A stretch of 64,000 nucleotides of DNA from the IMG/VR virus record IMGVR_UViG_3300028597_000008. One strand, written 5' to 3'. This document shows positions 59,107 through 64,000 of this stretch, in pieces. Below the pieces are notes generated by a model. It worked only from the letters and a program-made list of their open reading frames with translations, was not told the origin of the DNA and searched no databases. Both the position numbers and the translations under genes were made by a program. Every line of letters starts with the position of its first letter. Position 1 is the stretch's first letter. The stretch comes from an uncultured virus (IMG/VR IMGVR_UViG_3300028597_000008) (taxonomy: Duplodnaviria; Heunggongvirae; Uroviricota; Caudoviricetes).

Positions 59107-59279
59107 TTGAAGTATACATCGACAACTACGACGATCCCGAGCAGGTGGAAAATACTGTAAAGGAATACTGCGTAGAGATTGAACACGCTGAAAACATCAC
59201 ATGCGTAACCATCCGCGACGAACTGATGGGCGCACTTGAAGCGTTAGACTTAAAAATTTTATATAAGAGGGGCAAATGA
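59103..59279 (+). CDS. Small hypothetical protein (58 aa), below the ORF-track cutoff
   Basis: MIEVYIDNYDDPEQVENTVKEYC...YKRGK*; ATGA overlaps at both ends. Confidence 0.6.
   Translation: MIEVYIDNYDDPEQVENTVKEYCVEIEHAENITCVTIRDELMGALEALDLKILYKRGK
59152..59161 (+). promoter_or_regulatory. Putative middle promoter motif ATACTGTAAA
   Basis: At the boundary between the baseplate module and the dcd/accessory block. Confidence 0.4.
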
Positions 59280-59731
59280 TGGAAAGTCCGACTTGGGAAT
59301 TGGAAGAAGACTTGCGTTTGGCACGTGAAGAAAAGACCGCGTTGGGTGTGAAATACGCCGCGCAAGTTGCTGCACTGAAAAAGCAATTCGTGGATGAGTT
59401 GGAAACCGCAATGAGTGCTTTGCGTGCACGCCGTCCGGCTGACCCGTATTACATGATCGGTGGGCAAACGCATCCGACAATTGCAGTTTCGTTTGCACTC
59501 GAAGAGCTTCTCGCTCTGGTTGATAAATACGAAGAAAAACCACACCGTGCTTTCTTCGGTGCTGACGGCAACTTCATTGCATGGTACAGCGCCGCGAAAG
59601 AACGCGATTTGAAACAGATGCAGGTTGAACATTTCATCGTGAATCTGTCGGATCGTATCGTGAAAGAAAACGGCTTTCCGAAGCCTCTAATTGACCTCGA
59701 AGGTGACGACTTTTCGCAGGTGAGCAAATGA
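59276..59731 (+). CDS. Hypothetical protein
   Basis: 151 aa; GAGGGG RBS. Confidence 0.72.
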   Translation: MMESPTWELEEDLRLAREEKTALGVKYAAQVAALKKQFVDELETAMSALRARRPADPYYMIGGQTHPTIAVSFALEELLALVDKYEEKPHRAFFGADGNFIAWYSAAKERDLKQMQVEHFIVNLSDRIVKENGFPKPLIDLEGDDFSQVSK

Positions 59732-60171
59732 TGGACGACGGCCTTTTCTCTGATTACACCGACGAACAAGTCGCAGAAATGAATCGTCAAAAAGACCTTG
59801 ATGAGTTGCGCGACGAACTCACAAACGCACACGCTGCTGAACTGGCTGAACTTTGCCGTTTCAACAAGCATCTGCGCCACACCGAATGGCACCTCAAGCG
59901 TAAGACGTTTGCAAACGAACTGCGTAGCTTACTGGATGAAAACAGCGAGTTTCACAGTGAGAGTGTGCAGAGCAAAGTCGAAGCGCTTTTGCAAAAGTAC
60001 GACGCACCGACTTTCCCGGTTATCTTTGTTAATGGTGAATACCATAGCGAACACACCGACGAAATCGAAATGGAATTGGCGATGATTCCAGCGGACTACG
60101 CGGTTTATCATTTGACCGCCGAAGTGAAAGCCAACGTACAAAAACACAAACTGTCGGAGTGGGACTTGTGA
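59728..60171 (+). CDS. Hypothetical protein
   Basis: 147 aa; ATGA overlap. Confidence 0.72.
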   Translation: MMDDGLFSDYTDEQVAEMNRQKDLDELRDELTNAHAAELAELCRFNKHLRHTEWHLKRKTFANELRSLLDENSEFHSESVQSKVEALLQKYDAPTFPVIFVNGEYHSEHTDEIEMELAMIPADYAVYHLTAEVKANVQKHKLSEWDL

Positions 60172-60860
60172 GCATCAAATCAGATAAGTGGATTCGTCGG
60201 ATGTGTGCACCGACCCGTGAAGCCTGTTATCTTCTCGGTAAGTTTATTGGCTACGCGGATCAAGCGCATGTGATTGCAATTCTGCGTGGTCACACTGAAA
60301 TCAACCCGATGGAAGTCAGCATCGTTGACGAAAAAAGTCTGCCAATGATCGAACCGTTTGCAGAACGTCAAGTTCGCGGCGGCGCAAATGATCGCGTTAT
60401 TTCCTACGGTGTTTCCTCGTACGGTTACGACGTTCGTTGCACAGACGAATTCAAGATTTTTACCAACATCAATTCGTCCACCGTTGACCCGAAGAATTTT
60501 GACGAAAATTGCTTTGTCGATTTCAAAGGTGACGTGTGCATTATTCCGCCGAACAGTTTTGTGCTGGCGCGAACTGCTGAGTATTTCCGCATCCCGCGTA
60601 ACGTGCTGACAATCTGCCTCGGCAAATCGACGTACGCCCGCTGCGGTATCATCGTAAACGTCACGCCGCTGGAACCTGAATGGGAAGGCCACGTGACTTT
60701 GGAATTTTCCAACACAACCACATTGCCTGCAAAAATCTACGCGAACGAAGGCGTGGCACAAATGCTGTTCCTCGAATCCGACGAAGACTGCGAAGAATCG
60801 TACAAGGATCGCGGCGGCAAATATCAGGGCCAGACTGGAATCAACATTCCACGCATGTAA
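60168..60860 (+). CDS. dcd: dCTP deaminase
   Basis: [50 protein letters not shown] start overlapping the upstream TGA. Confidence 0.95.
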   Translation: MSIKSDKWIRRMCAPTREACYLLGKFIGYADQAHVIAILRGHTEINPMEVSIVDEKSLPMIEPFAERQVRGGANDRVISYGVSSYGYDVRCTDEFKIFTNINSSTVDPKNFDENCFVDFKGDVCIIPPNSFVLARTAEYFRIPRNVLTICLGKSTYARCGIIVNVTPLEPEWEGHVTLEFSNTTTLPAKIYANEGVAQMLFLESDEDCEESYKDRGGKYQGQTGINIPRM

Positions 60861-60887
60861 AACGCTTTTGCGTGCATAGGAGCACAC

Positions 60888-61244
60888 ATGGAAACTCATA
60901 ACGAGAATATCGACACCGGTACGGTAGTTGACGTAACAGGCGGGTTTTGCGGATATAACTTCAAAGGAATTGTGATTGATAGTTTGGCTATGCATAACGG
61001 CCAGTCTAATTCCTTTCTCGATGCCACGATGTATCGCGTTGCGGAAATCATGAGCATTGGCCCGGATCGCTGGGCAGTGAAAACAATCCACAAATGGGTG
61101 CCGTGCGAATTGATGCACAATCACGATATTCGTCTTACGCATTGGGCACAAAATCTGCTGCGTACGTATGTCGCCCGTGAAGTCGATGATGTTCCGGCCA
61201 TGTGTGCTGCACGCTTAAAGGAAACTGTCGATGAACGCAATTAA
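60888..61244 (+). CDS. Hypothetical protein
   Basis: 118 aa; AGGAG RBS. Confidence 0.72.
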   Translation: METHNENIDTGTVVDVTGGFCGYNFKGIVIDSLAMHNGQSNSFLDATMYRVAEIMSIGPDRWAVKTIHKWVPCELMHNHDIRLTHWAQNLLRTYVAREVDDVPAMCAARLKETVDERN

Positions 61245-61479
61245 CTTTGCAATTGCGGCATTCCTTTTCGGCATTGGTTGGTTAACCATGGTTGGTGTTA
61301 CAGCCACGGTTGTTATGACCTGTACGTTTGTCGCACTGGAACATTTCGGTGCGAAAGCCGTAATGCCAGACGGGATTTTCCTTGCGTTGATTATTCCAGT
61401 TGTGTTTGGAACCTACGTTGGCTTATCCGCAATGGATTACGCTAAACACCTCATCAAGAATCTTGTCCGAGATTTATAA
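61231..61479 (+). CDS. Small membrane protein (2 predicted TM helices)
   Basis: 82 aa, hydrophobic; AAGGA RBS. Confidence 0.68.
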   Translation: MNAINFAIAAFLFGIGWLTMVGVTATVVMTCTFVALEHFGAKAVMPDGIFLALIIPVVFGTYVGLSAMDYAKHLIKNLVRDL

Positions 61480-61748
61480 TGCGTGCCGTTTACTTTGCGC
61501 TTTTCCTGATTACTGTTGCAGCGGTGCCGTTTGTTGGCGTAATGAGTTGGATGCTGCTAGACATGGGCGTTACGCGGTACGAATGGATGGTCGAACACAG
61601 CATGAACAAACATTCGTACGTTTATGCGGGCCTGCTTGTTTGCCTTGAAATTGTTGGATTGCTTTTAATGCGACGTGGTGTGATGTGCGCCTACAAATTT
61701 TTCTGCGTTGTTTTCCCGAGGAAAGAAAATGAACATCCATTACGCTAA
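61479..61748 (+). CDS. Small membrane protein (2 predicted TM helices)
   Basis: 89 aa, hydrophobic; TAATG coupling. Confidence 0.65.
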   Translation: MRAVYFALFLITVAAVPFVGVMSWMLLDMGVTRYEWMVEHSMNKHSYVYAGLLVCLEIVGLLLMRRGVMCAYKFFCVVFPRKENEHPLR

Positions 61749-62325
61749 CAGCATTTGCCGCTGGTACATGGCGCAGTATGTGAAAGACAAAGAAGCGCAA
61801 TATGATAAGCATTTCCCCGGTGCTGGATTTCGTTTTCCGGCGCCAACGTTTTTCCTAATTGACTTGGAGCAGTGCGTTGAGTTTATTGAGCGTGTTTCTC
61901 ATCAACGTCTTCGTGTCGTGGATGGCCTTGTGCAATCTGACTCATATTACGGCACTCTTATGCTGGTTGCAGAAAAGAATGCAAAACGTGACGGCATGGG
62001 TGAAGAGTGGGAACGCGAATACGTAAATGGCGCTGCGAAATGCCGCTACGTTGTAGCATCGGCCTGCCGTTACGGTGATTTGATTACCGCTGTTGGTGCC
62101 CGTCATTTCAGTCCGGCGATGTGCGCACAGCTTAACGCGATTCGCGAAGAGAAATTGATCGACCTCGACAACAAAGGAAAAGCAGAGCAAGGCTTTATCG
62201 ACCAGTTCGACGTTTTCATGACTCGTGAAGAGGCGTGGGAAGTTGCAATTACTTCCGGCCAATTGAACGCAAAACGCTACAAAGGTAATTCGTTCGGTTC
62301 GCTGCATTCCGAAGACGTTTGGTAA
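61729..62325 (+). CDS. Conserved hypothetical phage protein
   Basis: C-terminal GARH...EQGFIDQ...FMTREEA..VA...LHSEDVW pattern familiar from many phage hypotheticals; GAGGA RBS. Confidence 0.75.
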   Translation: MNIHYANSICRWYMAQYVKDKEAQYDKHFPGAGFRFPAPTFFLIDLEQCVEFIERVSHQRLRVVDGLVQSDSYYGTLMLVAEKNAKRDGMGEEWEREYVNGAAKCRYVVASACRYGDLITAVGARHFSPAMCAQLNAIREEKLIDLDNKGKAEQGFIDQFDVFMTREEAWEVAITSGQLNAKRYKGNSFGSLHSEDVW

Positions 62326-62338
62326 AAGGAATCAAAAT

Positions 62339-62629
62339 ATGAAACTCGTTGAAGGCGCTTTGGCAAATGTTGATGTTGATCCAGACCTACGCGATTTGGC
62401 AAAAGACCTTCGCTACGTCGCATCGCTAATTGAAAAAGGCGAAGTTACCGGCGTGGCATTAACGTGGACAGGCAAACAGATTCAAGACGGCAAAGAATAC
62501 AAAGACGGCGTAGGTCTGTCGTGGACGCTTGTGGGTGGCAGCATGTTTGCGCTGAGTGGTGGCGTTTCGCAATTACAATTCGAAATTCAGAATGAAATTG
62601 CAGGCGCCATGAACGAAGAAGATGAGTAA
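62339..62629 (+). CDS. Hypothetical protein
   Basis: 96 aa; AAGGA RBS. Confidence 0.72.
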   Translation: MKLVEGALANVDVDPDLRDLAKDLRYVASLIEKGEVTGVALTWTGKQIQDGKEYKDGVGLSWTLVGGSMFALSGGVSQLQFEIQNEIAGAMNEEDE

Positions 62630-62638
62630 TTTAAATAG
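62627..62638 (+). promoter_or_regulatory. Putative late promoter motif TAATTTW
   Basis: TAATTTAAATAG about 55 nt before ATG 62682. Confidence 0.5.
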
Positions 62639-62681
62639 GAAACAAGATTAACGGGAGAAATCCCATGTAAAGGAATCCTTT

Positions 62682-63644
62682 ATGGAAATCGTAGAATATG
62701 GTGGCGTGCTTGCACAGATTGTGGAAGCCGTCGCGAATGCCGGCAGTCCGCCGACCATTCAGCGCATTGTTTTAACACCCGAAGAAATGAACGAAGTTTG
62801 GTCGTCTAATGCTTTCAAGACTTCCATTTCGAACTACTACGGCGACACCAGTGCTATGACGCTTGAAGGTATTACTGCCGACCATGACGGTAATATCATT
62901 TCCATGTATTTGGGCGGCATTCTGATTTGTGTTGGCCCATGGGTTCCGACCGGCCCATACGCTGCGTTGACGTGGGCACCACTGACCACACAAACGGATT
63001 CGCAAACCACTTTCAAAAACGATAATGATCGTTTGTTTGTGGGCACAGGCAATCCGAGCACCGGTATGGTTGTTGGTTCGAATGCTGATATCGAACTGGC
63101 GCTCGCAATTCGTAAAGCTGGCGATCCTGCCAGTTACGCAACGGGTTCGGATTACAACATCGAACTGGCGGAAGACGAAGCGTGGACTTTCGTTGTTAGT
63201 GTTGGTGCGAAAAACACCGATATTTACAACCCGCTGGATATGTACAACGTTCGCTTGATCGTTGATACCGATCCAGAAAGTTCGCAAAATACGCAAATCG
63301 TATTCACGCTGGGTCAAGGCGAAATCGTTGAGCGCAGCGGTGCGAAGCGTACCGGCTTTATCTGGTATCGCGGCACTGAGCGCGTCATTACCGATTCGGC
63401 CACAAGCCCAACGTACAAAGTTGTCGATGATGAAACCGTACAGGTTGGCGTCGCCACGCAAATGATTCAACAAATGCGTTTCGATTTCATCAGTCGATAC
63501 ACCCCAGCGACAATTGCGAAAAGTGAAAACGGCTCGTTCCTCGGCACGTACACTTTCACCCTTGAAGCTACGCCGAAGTTTGGCGACAAAATGGCTGACG
63601 CGGTTAGCGTTCAGGCTACTGCGAATGTCGTAAAAAAGTCGTAA
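62682..63644 (+). CDS. Putative virion structural protein (short form)
   Basis: 320 aa, Thr-rich beta-type C-terminal domain; ends GTA AAA AAG TCG TAA. Confidence 0.75.
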   Translation: MEIVEYGGVLAQIVEAVANAGSPPTIQRIVLTPEEMNEVWSSNAFKTSISNYYGDTSAMTLEGITADHDGNIISMYLGGILICVGPWVPTGPYAALTWAPLTTQTDSQTTFKNDNDRLFVGTGNPSTGMVVGSNADIELALAIRKAGDPASYATGSDYNIELAEDEAWTFVVSVGAKNTDIYNPLDMYNVRLIVDTDPESSQNTQIVFTLGQGEIVERSGAKRTGFIWYRGTERVITDSATSPTYKVVDDETVQVGVATQMIQQMRFDFISRYTPATIAKSENGSFLGTYTFTLEATPKFGDKMADAVSVQATANVVKKS

Positions 63645-63685
63645 AGCCTGTTCCTCTCCAAGCGTTTGTTTTAGGAGGATCAGGT
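63632..63685 (+). promoter_or_regulatory. -1 programmed ribosomal frameshift signal
   Basis: Correctly phased A AAA AAG (63632-63638), 7-nt spacer, stem GCCTGTTCCTCT / GGAGGATCAGGT (63646-63685). Confidence 0.75.
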
Positions 63686-64000
63686 ACGGACGTTGGCCTG
63701 TATGTTCAAAATGCCAATAGCTTTGTACCTGCATCAATTCCAGACCGGGTTAACGACGTAGCCTACGGTAACGAAAGCTATATCGCAGTCGGAGAAAGCG
63801 TTTATTTTTCCGATGACAAACTCAACTGGAATCCGAATGATGTAGATTTTGGTGAAGCAAGCTGTGTGACGTATGCCGATGCGTTTTATGTCGGCGTAAA
63901 CGGCGTGGGGATTTTCTCGTACGTCGATGGTGTGTGGAATCAAGTTTATGCAGGTGCGTACGAATTTACGGACGCAATCAGCTACAACCAGATTCCGGTA
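63638..64000 (+). CDS. -1 frame extension, beta-propeller/Asp-box-like domain (runs off the window)
   Basis: VVKPVPLQAFVLGGSGTDVGLY...VNDVAYGNESYIAVGESVYFSDDKLNW...; 121 open codons, no ATG, first GTG only at 63866. Confidence 0.72.

Noticed and set aside
63673..63761. AGGAGG as RBS for a new gene starting at ATG 63702
   Set aside because: Spacing is too long and that frame closes after 19 codons; the GGAGG is better explained as the 3' arm of the frameshift hairpin

Overview
This window is part of a large (jumbo-type) contractile-tailed dsDNA phage genome. Every credible gene is on the + strand, tightly packed, and often coupled by ATGA or TAATG overlaps. Modules in order: end of a Lys/Ala histone-like gene; neck/head-associated genes and an HNH nuclease; a 1987-aa SNF2-type helicase; a replication block (family A DNA polymerase with an N-terminal UDG-like domain, DnaN-like clamp, SF2 helicase broken by one in-frame TAA, degenerate DnaC-like protein, J-domain protein); a first tail-sheath gene with Ig-repeat fibre genes; NAD-dependent ligase; GT2-TPR glycosyltransferase; a head module (prohead protease, scaffold-like protein, decoration protein, major capsid protein); a tail/baseplate module (second sheath, tube, gp26-like pair, tape measure with lysozyme-like domain, gp53-like, hub); then dCTP deaminase and small accessory genes. 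The dcd gene points to a Pseudomonas-like host. A relationship to the Lu11/PaBG/RSL1-like jumbo phages is my inference and was not checked. Best leads: a -1 programmed frameshift signal (A AAA AAG plus hairpin) at 63632 that would append a beta-propeller domain; two recurrent upstream motifs (TAATTTW before virion genes, ATACTGTAAA before replication genes); a candidate ~90-nt late sRNA at ~42203-42293; a shared A-x-A-(A/S) motif that may be a prohead-protease or head-targeting signal; duplicated sheath, tube and hub-assembly genes; and a nonsense codon in the SF2 helicase. All product calls come from recognising motifs by eye; no database searches were run.
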